A DNA stretch of 64,000 nucleotides from Methanotrichaceae archaeon (GCA_963754945.1 CAVWIG010000039.1:1-64000); one strand, 5' to 3'. Counted from the stretch's first letter, positions 19,595 through 30,047 are shown. The notes: generated by a model from the sequence alone, not told the origin. Numbers and translations are program-made.

Positions 19595-19946
19595 CTAACA
19601 GTGGTTTGTCTTATTATAATCTCTCTCTCTTTATAGATATCTTAGTACCATATAAATATTTTCTTTAAAACAGGCTTATCTAAAAGCGAACTTGAGGCTC
19701 GACTTCAATTTGCTCGGTGTAGATCGTGTGACTCCCATATAACCAAAACCGATTTATTCGCCAATTGTCTATGCTGCATTGGGTAAAAGTCGATAATGAA
19801 GCCCCCTCCCACGATTTCCTACTTGGCCGAGTAACCTCAGCAGAATTTCGGGCTAATAGGAAAAAGCTGGCAGATAAGATAGAGCTTGCACACCTCGATC
19901 CAACGAAGAAGGTTTCGATGCCATCGAACTTGAAGGTTTAACAATC

Positions 19947-20251
19947 ATGAGAACTAAGGTATTGATAATGTCGTCTTTGCTTCTGCTTGCTTTCTTTGCT
20001 AATAGATCCATCTCAATAGATTGGAACAATCCAGAATACTACCAATCAGTTGATGATTTGCTTTCAAGCGGCAATGGATATGGTCCCAGTTTAACTCAAC
20101 AAGCCCAAGCTGCAAGGACAGCCGAGATGGGACAGCCTGGGGAGGACATTCTGAGCGTGCCTTTCGGTAATAATTCATCCTCTGGAGCAAGCACTCCCCA
20201 GCAATCCAGAATTCAGGAACAGAACCAAAATATCGCAACTCAGTCAGTTGC
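19947..20251 (+). pseudogene. Secreted protein truncated by IS701 insertion
   Basis: Signal peptide; ORF runs into the IS TIR at 20252. Confidence 0.65.
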
Positions 20252-21661
20252 CTGTACTTTCCAACTTTTTCGTATATTTATAATATCATCAGATTAAATT
20301 AGAATATAAATTTAATAAAAAAAATAAAAAGTAAGGGTTTTATACTAGGATCAAATTCTCTCTTTTGGGAGTAGAATGATCAAAATAATAAAGGTACCAT
20401 TACAATTAGAGCCGTTCTTGAATGAATTTCAGGATCTTTTTACGAAACCGAGTTATGGATCGTTTCGAGATTTGTGTGGAGCGTTAAGCGTGTGTGATAA
20501 ATCCAAGACCGTTTCCAACCTTTGTGATACTATGGCCGAATGTAGGAAAGGAAAAAAAGCACGCTCTTCGTACAATTGGTTCTTTAGCGATGCGAATTGG
20601 GACGAGGATGAAGTTGCTCAACGCAAAGTGGACCTTTTTATTGAGAAATTATGTTTAAAAGAAAATGATAGAATGTTGTTAATAATTGATGACACATACA
20701 ATGAGAAGGAAGGAACTCAAACGGAAGGTGTAGGAAAATTTTATGATCATAGTAAAGAAACCTACATTTGGGGTAACAATTTTGTTACCTCTGTTATCCA
20801 ATCCAAAGGATTATTCATACCACATAAAGCTAAGATGTATATCAAGAATGATGACGAAAATGAGAATTTTAGAACAAAAATGGAGATTGCCTTGGACGAG
20901 ATCATTGAACCATTAGAAGTACCAAAAAGCATGGACCTTTATATCGTTTTCGATAGCTGGTGGTTTTCTTCTGATCTCTTTAACAAGTGTCTCAAATTAG
21001 GGCATAATATAGTCTGCCAAATCAAATCTGATAAGAAAATCAGGATAAATAAGGACATGTGTTTTCAGGTTAGAGACTTAGCAAACCAAATTGAGGATAA
21101 GTATTTTATTAAGACAACTATTAGTGTTCGGGGCAAAAAGAAGACCTACTATGCATTTGAAAAGAAGGTAGTCATAGACAAGGTAGGCGAAGTTAAACTT
21201 GTAGTCTCAAAGAGAAAAAAGGAGAGCACTACAAAATATTTTATAAGCACTAATGAATCGCTTTCGTCGAAAGAAATACTCTCAATTTACGAGGATAGAT
21301 GGGATATCGAGACGGCCCACAGAGAGACAAATCAAAAATTAGGATTCAAAGATTACCAATTAAGAGAAAAACAATCAATTGAAAGATTTATTCAGCTAGT
21401 CTTCTCAGTATGGACTGCGATTCTCTTATGGGAAATAGACAATCCGCCATCTGGGGACGGTTCAAATCCAAGAACTATGGGCGACATGATCGACCTAGTA
21501 AAAATGCAAGCATTAGGTGAAACATTTGAATATGTGCTGATGTATTTTAATATACCCGTACCGGAAGGCGGATTGCTTTATATACTCAGAAGCATGGGAT
21601 TGAAAATATAATTTGATATAATTTAGAAAATATAAATAAAGGAGAAACTTGGAAAGTACAG
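20252..21661 (+). mobile_element. IS701-family insertion sequence
   Basis: TIRs CTGTACTTTCCAA / TTGGAAAGTACAG; no matching TSD. Confidence 0.9.
20376..21611 (+). CDS. IS701-family DDE transposase
   Basis: LIIDDT, VFDSWW, YEDRWDIETAHRETNQKLG. Confidence 0.93.
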   Translation: MIKIIKVPLQLEPFLNEFQDLFTKPSYGSFRDLCGALSVCDKSKTVSNLCDTMAECRKGKKARSSYNWFFSDANWDEDEVAQRKVDLFIEKLCLKENDRMLLIIDDTYNEKEGTQTEGVGKFYDHSKETYIWGNNFVTSVIQSKGLFIPHKAKMYIKNDDENENFRTKMEIALDEIIEPLEVPKSMDLYIVFDSWWFSSDLFNKCLKLGHNIVCQIKSDKKIRINKDMCFQVRDLANQIEDKYFIKTTISVRGKKKTYYAFEKKVVIDKVGEVKLVVSKRKKESTTKYFISTNESLSSKEILSIYEDRWDIETAHRETNQKLGFKDYQLREKQSIERFIQLVFSVWTAILLWEIDNPPSGDGSNPRTMGDMIDLVKMQALGETFEYVLMYFNIPVPEGGLLYILRSMGLKI

Positions 21662-22030
21662 TACTACTATGTAGTGATTGGGCTGGGATACAGTCTTACC
21701 CCTATACTCCCTTTTATGACTGACCCCGGCCATTCCTTCTAATCTTGCTTGGTTCGGTGGGCCAAGCTCAGCTAAGCTCTCTTCCTTCTTGTTGACGAAA
21801 CCGATAGCATTGAAGACATATGCACGAAATCCTCCAAAAGCACGTATATATATATAAACGTGGTTTTGGAGAAAAAGCTGCATATGTCCTTATAGATAGC
21901 GATTTTTCTGGCAGAGCGGCGGTTGGTCAGGACTTTGGGCGCTATGATCAAAGGGGCTGGGTTGCCTGTGATGAGAGGCAGAAAGAGGAAGGCCATAAGT
22001 TCTGGTATAATGCATACTGGAAGACTGAAC

Positions 22031-22310
22031 CCCACATTCCGCACTTTGACTTTCAAAATCGAGTAATTCCATTGCTAACGATTTTTGAATATAACTATAA
22101 TTTTTATTATTTATATCTATCGATATTTAGTGCTGAACATCCTCACATTTTCGGCCAAAGGAATTCTGACAACATATGTCTGATTAAAAAATCAACGGAA
22201 TGCAAAATACTAAAATTGAAAATTCTTAATAAATTTAAATAATTATATCAAACTAACTAAATCGATAGCTGCAAAAATATGAATTGGTGACTCGAAGTGC
22301 GGAATGTGGG
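22031..22310. mobile_element. 280-bp MITE with IS1634-like ends
   Basis: 16-bp TIR CCCACATTCCGCACTT / AAGTGCGGAATGTGGG; 6-bp TSD CTGAAC; AT-rich interior. Confidence 0.85.
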
Positions 22311-22496
22311 CTGAACTAGCGAGAAATAATAATTCTAACGATTTATAGAACCTCTATCCATCTTAGTTAGTGATGAGCTGAGCAACTATTTCGGCAAATA
22401 TAAAGATCCCTCAGTCTTACCGTACCACGTCTTTATATTCGCTCAAATTCAATACATGAATTAACTGAGAGGAAAAAACTCTCATGGAGGGACAAT

Positions 22497-22754
22497 ATGA
22501 GAAATCTAGTCCTATGCGGCTTAATCCTTTTGACATTAGCCTTGAATTGCGAAGCAATGGCTCCAGTACAGCTAGGTGGAAGCAACGGTCAGGCCATTTT
22601 AGACCAAGTATCGAGTCCAGGACAAATCCTTAATCTATCTACAAATACTGGTCTTTTGAATTTGGGGAACATTCCGAGTGGTTATGCGCTAAATCAATCC
22701 GGAATATTGGACCCCCTCGAGACCGCATTATATGATTGGACCCCTGGAATCTGA
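22497..22754 (+). CDS. Small secreted protein (85 aa), paralog of 62547..62804
   Basis: GGAGG RBS; LALNCEA signal, PVQL.GSNGQAIL, GNIP.GY.LN.SG, WTPGI. Confidence 0.85.
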   Translation: MRNLVLCGLILLTLALNCEAMAPVQLGGSNGQAILDQVSSPGQILNLSTNTGLLNLGNIPSGYALNQSGILDPLETALYDWTPGI

Positions 22755-22991
22755 AAATCATTGCTGGAGGAGCAGGCAAAAATCGTGCGTCCATTTCTGC
22801 CCCCCAAAAATCAATTGACTTTTGTCTCCTTCTTTTCATCCGAAAGAAAACCCAAACGAAGGCTCATTAAAGTATTCATAGGTAGAAGCTTCGAAAAATC
22901 GTGAGATGGGGGTCAGGAAAGGCGCTCAACCACAATCAATATACCGTATCCATGAAATATAATGATTAGAGCACTATGGGGGTAAGGAGGG

Positions 22992-23612
22992 TTGGATGTG
23001 ATGACAATTCATCGATTATCTTTTTTGGTGATCTTAGCCTTGACTTGCATATTTATGGAACCGGCTTGGGTCACGGGTCAAGGATGGAGCGGTTATGGCT
23101 ACAATTGGCCGTATTGCTATCCACAAAGTCAGGCAGATTATGAGCAACACATGTGGGACATCCAAACATATTATTTCCTAAACCAGTATGATCCCTATGT
23201 CGGGCCTGCGTATAGTCAACCTCGATATAACACGCCTGCTTATAACATACCCACAAACAGGGCCGTACCCACATACACGGCCGCATATAGTTCGCCTTCT
23301 TCATACAATACGCCTGCCTATAACCAAAGTGTAGTCAATGGCAACGCTACTTACTGGCTCAACGAAGCAAATGTGTCCTACCTTACCGGTTCCTACGAAC
23401 AAGCCGCTGAATCATACGCCAAAGCAGTCAACGCTGATCCATCTTTGTCAGAGGGCTGGCTCAACCTGGGTAACTCCCTATACTATCTGGGTAGATATCA
23501 GGCGTCACTGAATGCCTATAGTGCTTTGCTTAAGCTTGACCCACAGAATGTAGATGCTTTAGCTGACAAGAGCCAGGCACTCTTGGCCCTAAACAAAACT
23601 GGCGGATCCTGA
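22992..23612 (+). CDS. Secreted TPR protein with Tyr/Pro-rich N-region, paralog of 10979..11536
   Basis: Near-identical TPR block; YNTPAYN repeats. Confidence 0.85.
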   Translation: MDVMTIHRLSFLVILALTCIFMEPAWVTGQGWSGYGYNWPYCYPQSQADYEQHMWDIQTYYFLNQYDPYVGPAYSQPRYNTPAYNIPTNRAVPTYTAAYSSPSSYNTPAYNQSVVNGNATYWLNEANVSYLTGSYEQAAESYAKAVNADPSLSEGWLNLGNSLYYLGRYQASLNAYSALLKLDPQNVDALADKSQALLALNKTGGS

Positions 23613-23933
23613 GATTACCGCCAGCCTAGGCTCAAGTGGTCTAGCCCCTCGTTTCCACGGAAATTGATCCTGTCCAAGCCTCCAGTGTTCTCTGGCTCTT
23701 CTGCGCTTTTGGATAAGCTTTCGAAATAAGCTTCGTCGTAGCTCTGAAGCTCCACATTAAAGAGAATACCCAGTCTGCAATCTCTAGTCCGGTCCAGCCA
23801 GGTAATGAGCTGAGCAACTATCTCGGCAATATGAAGATCCTCTGTCTGCATACCACGTCTTTATATTCGCTCAAATTCATGCATGAAATTAAGTGATAGG
23901 ATTAAACTCTCATGAGGGAAAATATGAGGAATC

Positions 23934-25119
23934 TAGTGCACCATAACATTAATTTTGCAAATTAATATAATGCCTGTTTAGCTTTAATCTTGCATCATTC
24001 TTCGTGAATTTCCATCTTACAGTAGTTTTTTTTGCGTTACGTTCTTGTGCCCACACCGAAGCCTCTTTGGTTAAAGTATCGATGTCTCCAATCCGACGAT
24101 CGAGGCATTGCTTCGATAGGGCTGAGAGTTCTATCTCAGCCATGTTGAGCCAGCTACCTTTCTTTGGCGTATAATAATATTCGAACTCCTTAGCCAGCTC
24201 AAACGCCTCTTCAGGCGCAAAAGCATTATAAAATGAGCCTGAAGTATGCGTATTGAGATTATCCTGGACCAATCGAATGGATTCTACACCTGGATATTGC
24301 TGGGTAAGTTCTTTCATGAAATGGGCGTAGTCCACCCTTGTCCTGTGCTCCATGACACGAATCATTCTTTTTCCTGCATGAAGATCAAAAGCAATAAGGA
24401 TGCAACATGTCCCGTTACGGACGTATTCATAATGCACCTTCTTCGGACTGCCTGGTTTCATGGGTATAGGCACTAAGACATCGCCTATCAGTTGGCATGG
24501 CCTCTCGTCGAAACAAACCACAGGATGCCTCGGATCATATGGTTGCTCGTACAGAGTTAATACATTTTCCATGTTCCAGATATATTCGCTCGTCATGCTC
24601 CCTATGCACCATCGCTGTTTGAGCCATGGCTTTATTTCATTTTTTTTAACGCTCTGCAAACGCTCATTCCTGAGATCGAGTCCACTTCCCCCAGCTCAAC
24701 AAGCTTGTCGGCCAATAGATTCAGCGTCCATCTCGATCTGCCTTCAGGCGGATCTGAGCAAGCAATGCCGGTCAGTTTAGCCTCAACTCGTGCATCTATC
24801 TTCGGAGGCGCTCCACTGCGAGATCTTTCATTCAATGCAGATTCCAGGCCACCCTCGAAATATCTCTTTCTTATCCTCACTATTGTCGTTCTGCTCGCCT
24901 TCAATGCATCAATGATCTCCGCATCGGATTGCCCTCCATCGGCCAGGAGCAGTATTCTTGCGCGAGTTAAACTCCTTGCAGACGACTTCCCACGACGGAT
25001 GTACTGGTTCAACTCTTCTCGTTCTTTCTCTTCCAGTTTCACACAGAATTTTGTTTTTCTTGCCACGATCTATATTCTAGACCTTTTATAAGATTTAAAA
25101 CTTGCGTTATGGTGCACTA
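23934..25119 (-). mobile_element. IS630-family insertion sequence
   Basis: Ends TAGTGCACCATAAC / GTTATGGTGCACTA with flanking TA. Confidence 0.92.
23949..25066 (-). CDS. IS630 transposase in two frames (orfA 24632-25066 HTH; orfB 23949-24659 DDE), probable programmed -1 frameshift
   Basis: RARILLLA, GAPPKI, CFDE, LVQDNLNTH, SWLNMAEIE; A8 run at the frame junction (~24640-24647). Confidence 0.9.
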
Positions 25120-25683
25120 GATTTTGTGGATAAAAATGTTAAAATTATTGATACTCTGAAACACGAGAAATTCAATATTTATATACAATTGATAAAATTA
25201 TCCTTTAAGAATTTCTACGATATATTGGATAAAATTGGGTTTTTTATAAATGATTACTTAAAATTAAACATTCCCGACAAAAATGTTGATTTTAGAAAAG
25301 TATGGTATTCAAATGTTAAAAAGAAAACGATAAATAATAAAATTCTAAATACCCATAATTATAGTCTTAATGCTCTATTCGATTTACATAAAGAACTCGA
25401 AGATGGCATTTACGTAGAACTAAGAACGATCAGGAATGCACTAACTCATAGGTTTATTAGTATTAGGTCGTTCAAAAACAAGGGTGATATTGAGTCTTTG
25501 ACCGAAGAACAACTTTTTAATCGGACTTTAGAACTCGCAGAATTAACTAGAAACGCAATTATTTATCTATTAAGTTTCGTGGATGCAGAAGAAAATAAGA
25601 AGGAAAAGAATTCAGCAAAGAAATTACTGCTATTGCCTGCGTTTGAAGTCCCAGATCATTTAAAGAGATTCGGAGGATTCTAA
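25120..25683 (+). pseudogene. C-terminal HEPN domain (LA2681-like), N-terminus removed at the IS630 boundary
   Basis: FYDILDKIGFFINDY, LNALFDL, RNALTH (R-X4-H); very AT-rich. Confidence 0.75.
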
Positions 25684-25840
25684 TAGACCAATTATTGGTG
25701 GCGCTACTTACTGGAATTAGAAAAGCGACTTCTAGGAGTACTTGATCAAAGCACAGCGAAAAGATACAACGCAGAATTCTTCAGCCTCGTTCAGCAAATT
25801 AATATAAATTGAACCAGAAGTATAGCAGGAAGTTGGTACT

Positions 25841-26086
25841 ATGCCAGAGCTTGAGGACAAGATCAAAGAGCTGCCTCCGGATCTCCGCCAGGAGGTAGAG
25901 GATTTCGTTCAATTTTTGATAGAGAATCAGAGAATCGCATCAGAATGCCAAGACGCCCCTTGAAGTTGGACTGGAGAAGCGCGCTAGAAGACATGAAAGA
26001 CGAATACACATCCGTTGAGCTGCAGCATAAGATCTCCGAATGTAGGACCGAGGAGGATGTATCTTCTTGATACCAATATCCTTTAG
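25841..26086 (+). pseudogene. Decayed DUF2281 antitoxin (frameshifted) plus 9-codon VapC/PIN stub
   Basis: KELPPDLRQEVEDFVQFL / LDWRSALEDMKDEYTSVELQHK; overlapping MYLLDTNIL* at 26057-26086. Confidence 0.7.
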
Positions 26087-26464
26087 TGCTTCGATTGCCG
26101 ATAATTTGCATATAACCAAAACTACGTCCTTGCCCTCTGACGTTCTCTCCACATGCATCCAGTCATTCGCCGTCCAAAACTTCGCAGAATTGATAGATAT
26201 ACTCTCGCCTGGCCACGCTTGGATAGGCCCAGCCAAGCTCGACAGCAGCTTCAGATCCGATGATCTTCTCTTTTAAACCAAAAGCTCGGTAACGGGCTGC
26301 ATCGATGTATGTAGTTAAGCGTATCTAAAGAAGAGTTTATTTCTGGAACTTGACCAACGTCCGGTGAGAAAGACACACCGGCACTACACTATTGCCGCGT
26401 TCGCCAAATTGATATAATTGGAACCGGGTATATAGACCGAGTTGGTATTACGTCAGAGACGCAT

Positions 26465-27421
26465 TTGGAGAAGTTCATTTCGCTAATTCCAGCCCCATAT
26501 TATTTAGGATGGCTTCTCTTCGCAGCGATTTTCTTTTCGATCTCCTGTCTCGTTTTGATGCTATTTGAAAAATCACTCGCGTACGTCGATGGCTTTCTAA
26601 TCATTTCAGCCATTATCGGCCTGCAGGGAACGGCCATTAATTGGGCACACAATAGAATAAAGTCTTTTTATGACATTCTCCCTAACATCGTGAATCTGCC
26701 GAGGGAAACGATAATATGGTCCTTCGAGAAGCAGGAGGACGATATATTCGACGATAAAAAAATGGTCATTTTCGCAAGCATCTTTATCATTTTCGTCCAT
26801 ATTTCCGGTATTGATTACCATGCTGTCTCATTTAGTTCAAGTATTTCAGATATCATTTTTAAATTGGGATATTATTTTGCCGTCTACATCGAAGGAGCTG
26901 GTTTGTATATCTTGATAATGACTGCCTGGACAGTACATAGAATAGGGAAGCTGCCATTGCAAGTCAACGCTCTGTTTTCAGATTTCCACGCTATCGGGAT
27001 GCTGTACTCGAAGTTCACCATATATGCAGCAAGCGCCTACGTTATGTGGGGCATTTTCCATATGATTGTGCCCCCTCAGTTTTCTTCTTTGAAGATGATA
27101 TTGTGGTTCTCAAGCTTTGCAATCTTGCTTTTTGCTTACTTCATCCTGCCTCAGGTCAGCATTCACAGGATGATGACCTCCACTAAAAAAGAAAAAATTG
27201 AGATGTTTTCATCCCAGATGAGCGCAGCTTTGGAGGAGCCCTTTAGAGTCCCAAATAAAGAAAACGCTTTGTATTTGAAAGACATGTTATCAGTCCAAAA
27301 CCAATTGAATCAAATGTGCGATTGGCCTTTTGGTACCTATGAGCTATTACAAATAGCTTTGATCCTAATTATTCCATTGATTGTTGTCTTGCTAGAGATA
27401 TTCTACGGAATTATAAAATAA
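26465..27421 (+). CDS. Multi-pass membrane hypothetical protein
   Basis: About 7 hydrophobic segments; C-terminal WPF motif. Confidence 0.8.
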   Translation: MEKFISLIPAPYYLGWLLFAAIFFSISCLVLMLFEKSLAYVDGFLIISAIIGLQGTAINWAHNRIKSFYDILPNIVNLPRETIIWSFEKQEDDIFDDKKMVIFASIFIIFVHISGIDYHAVSFSSSISDIIFKLGYYFAVYIEGAGLYILIMTAWTVHRIGKLPLQVNALFSDFHAIGMLYSKFTIYAASAYVMWGIFHMIVPPQFSSLKMILWFSSFAILLFAYFILPQVSIHRMMTSTKKEKIEMFSSQMSAALEEPFRVPNKENALYLKDMLSVQNQLNQMCDWPFGTYELLQIALILIIPLIVVLLEIFYGIIK

Positions 27422-27440
27422 CAATGTTGATTTTATCGTA

Positions 27441-27580
27441 ATACCCACAGCTCTGCTGTGGGGATGAAGTGCATAATCCAGCTTGGGAACTGATCAGCTA
27501 ATATGTTTCCGTCTTCATGCGGCGGCGCCTCGCATGCCCCGTCAGCTCTGCTGCGGGGTGCGCCGCCGCTCGTTTGACTT
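27441..27580. mobile_element. IS200/IS605-type non-autonomous palindromic element
   Basis: Hairpin CCCACAGC-TCT-GCTGTGGG followed by GATGAAGTG; nested hairpin GCGGCGGCGC..GCGCCGCCGC then TTTGAC; same layout as 63261-63578. Confidence 0.6.
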
Positions 27581-27806
27581 AGATCATACGATAATAGTTG
27601 ATAGTACTCGATAAACTCTTTTGTCGTCGTTTCTATTCATTGAGAATGAGGCTAATGGTTTTTTCGGGCATTATATAATCATAAACCTTGGAGGGCACTG
27701 CTGAATTATCGGTGAACTGTATTGGGAAAAACTGTTGAATCTGAGGTGCTGAATCGGTGGGTTTTTGCATGCGTTAATGTTACTACTCGGGATTCATTGG
27801 TAAGAC

Positions 27807-28202
27807 TCAAGTTTTCTGTTTAGACTTCCATGCATACCAGACAATCAGCGCCGAAGCCACAACTGCAGAAAGCGTCATTAGTGCCCCTCCCCAATATGCA
27901 GACTGTGCCGCATCAACTACGCCAACGAACCAAAGGACGGCAAAGACTGCGCCCACAATGATGTTTACCCGGCGATTCATCGAATCCTTCAAGGTCAGGG
28001 ACAGGAAAGCCATCACCAATGGAACCAACATTAGGGTTGCAAAGAGCAGTATCAGTTCAGGTCCTATTTTCTGTCCTTCTGCAACTCCTGCCATTAGCTG
28101 CGCTATTATACCTGGCTCCATAAGCACCAGTATCTGGTGAGCCAAAACGGCAATTGCTGCAAAGAGCCAAAGCACTGAAATCTTTATCTTCCAATCATCC
28201 AA
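27807..28202 (-). CDS. Small four-TM membrane protein (DUF6326-like)
   Basis: KIKISVLW..., PLVMAFLSLTL..NR.VNIIVG, LIVWYAWK. Confidence 0.75.
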   Translation of the reverse strand: MDDWKIKISVLWLFAAIAVLAHQILVLMEPGIIAQLMAGVAEGQKIGPELILLFATLMLVPLVMAFLSLTLKDSMNRRVNIIVGAVFAVLWFVGVVDAAQSAYWGGALMTLSAVVASALIVWYAWKSKQKT

Positions 28203-28574
28203 AATCTTCCGTCCCCTTATAGCGGTGTCTCAATATCTGAGATTATCACGGTATATAAACTTCATGCCTACGGTGTTTTTCTGTTGCAAAAGTCGGCAGT
28301 CTGTTTGCAAAAGTAGTCGAGAAAATAAGGTCTTGAAACAAAGCCAGTTATATGACCTGTGGTAATTTTTAGATTATACTTCGAAGCTTGCAGCTTGCAA
28401 CTTGGACTTGTTATCGCATATGGTCTAAATCTAAAGATAACATGCGGGGGGACGGATATCCGAACATTATTTCTAGTAAATCATTAATTTAGTATGACAT
28501 TAGTATGATATTAGTACGATAATTCTTTGTTAAATTTTTTGGCCCTATAGTCAAGCTTTTTATCCATCATCCGA

Positions 28575-29921
28575 ATGCCTATGAATAGAGGAATCCCCTT
28601 GGAAGAGTTTCATAAAAAGTCCTGCATCGAGCGTTGTCTTCGGTCTGATAAAAGAGATGACACAAACCTCCTTGAAGGGCTAGACATAGAGTACGATCTG
28701 ACAGTTATCGGAGCAGGACCCTCCGGGCTTTTCTGTGCCATCAATTCCAGTCAAAAGGGAAAGAATACCCTCATCCTGGAAAAGAATGAATCACCGGGGC
28801 ATAAATTGCTGATCTCAGGCCAAGGGCAGTGCAATATAACAAACGAGTCAGAAATTCAGACATTCCTCGAACACTACGGCGAACATGGCCGATTTTTGCG
28901 CCCCGCCATCCTGGGGTTCACAAACCTCGATCTAATCCGATTTTTCGAAGATAGAGGGCTGGCTATGATCCGGGATAAAAGAGGCAAGATCTTCCCGGAA
29001 ACACATCGATCAAGGGATGTGCTGGAAGTCCTGATCAGGGAATGCGAGGCCAATGGTGTTCGTATATGCTACAATCAGGTCGTGAGATCGATAACTAAAG
29101 CAGAAGACAAATTCAATGTGCACTGCATAGATTGTACATATCTATCCTCTGACCTTGTCATCGCTACCGGAGGATGCTCTTATCCAGCAACGGGCTCAAA
29201 TGGTGACGGATATAAATTTGCCAGAGACTTAGGCCATAGCATCGCCGAGGTCGGGCCGGCACTGACGCCTGTTTTCATAAAGGATTATCCTTTCAGAGAT
29301 TTGGCCGGGCTCTCCTTCCTGGAAATGGATATATCCCTCTATCGCCATAAGAAGATCAGGGACCAGAGGGGAGATATTTTGTTCACGCATCAGGGACTTT
29401 CAGGACCGGGCATTCTCGACTTATCCAGGTATATCAGACCGGCAGATACTTTGAAGCTCTCCTTTGTGCCAGCGGAAAAAAGGGGCGAACTAGGGGAATG
29501 GTTACAGAATAGAGCTCGATCGGATGGTGGAGTTGGACTAAGATCAATACTATCGAGCCTGCCCAACACAGTGCCTCTTTCCCCTAAATTGATAAAGAAA
29601 ATCCTGGAGATATCAGGTATTGCCGCAGACTTGAGCTTGGCTCATCTGACCCGGGAGATGCGAACGCACCTCATCGACAATTTGACCGGCTTACCACTGG
29701 TCGTTTCTGAACTAGGCGGATTTGATATATCCATGGTCACCAGGGGTGGAGTTGAATTGCATCAAGTCAATCCGAAGACGATGGAATCGAGGCTTGTCAA
29801 GAGATTATATCTGATTGGCGAAGTGCTGGACGTGGATGGAGATTCTGGTGGCTATAATCTGCAAGCAGCATTTTCAACAGGCATGCTATCTGCCAGAAGT
29901 ATTAAAAATAATTGGACATAA
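28575..29921 (+). CDS. HI0933/BaiN family NAD(P)/FAD-dependent oxidoreductase
   Basis: GAGPSG, KLLISGQGQCNITN, ATGG.SYP.TGS.GDG, LFTH.GLSGP, GGYNLQAAFSTG; true start may be downstream. Confidence 0.93.
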   Translation: MPMNRGIPLEEFHKKSCIERCLRSDKRDDTNLLEGLDIEYDLTVIGAGPSGLFCAINSSQKGKNTLILEKNESPGHKLLISGQGQCNITNESEIQTFLEHYGEHGRFLRPAILGFTNLDLIRFFEDRGLAMIRDKRGKIFPETHRSRDVLEVLIRECEANGVRICYNQVVRSITKAEDKFNVHCIDCTYLSSDLVIATGGCSYPATGSNGDGYKFARDLGHSIAEVGPALTPVFIKDYPFRDLAGLSFLEMDISLYRHKKIRDQRGDILFTHQGLSGPGILDLSRYIRPADTLKLSFVPAEKRGELGEWLQNRARSDGGVGLRSILSSLPNTVPLSPKLIKKILEISGIAADLSLAHLTREMRTHLIDNLTGLPLVVSELGGFDISMVTRGGVELHQVNPKTMESRLVKRLYLIGEVLDVDGDSGGYNLQAAFSTGMLSARSIKNNWT

Positions 29922-30004
29922 ATTTAATAATTGGAATTTGACTGCCATTGGGCGGGCAAATTCTCTGGATATCTGGAGATGATGGCGATCAGGGTATTGT
30001 TTTG

Positions 30005-30047
30005 AATACCCCGCTGCTCTGCTGCAGGATGCGCCTTTTTGACTTAG
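30005..30047. repeat. Collapsed remnant of the IS200-type element seen at 27441
   Basis: AATACCCCGCTGCTCTGCTGCAGG..GCGCC..TTTGACTTAG. Confidence 0.5.

Noticed and set aside
21623-22242. Several ORFs between IS701 and the MITE
   Set aside because: They start or end inside mobile-element sequence, and no frame gives a coherent protein after removing the MITE.
23615-23851. 78-aa minus-strand ORF
   Set aside because: Its 5' part is the antisense of the conserved promoter leader.
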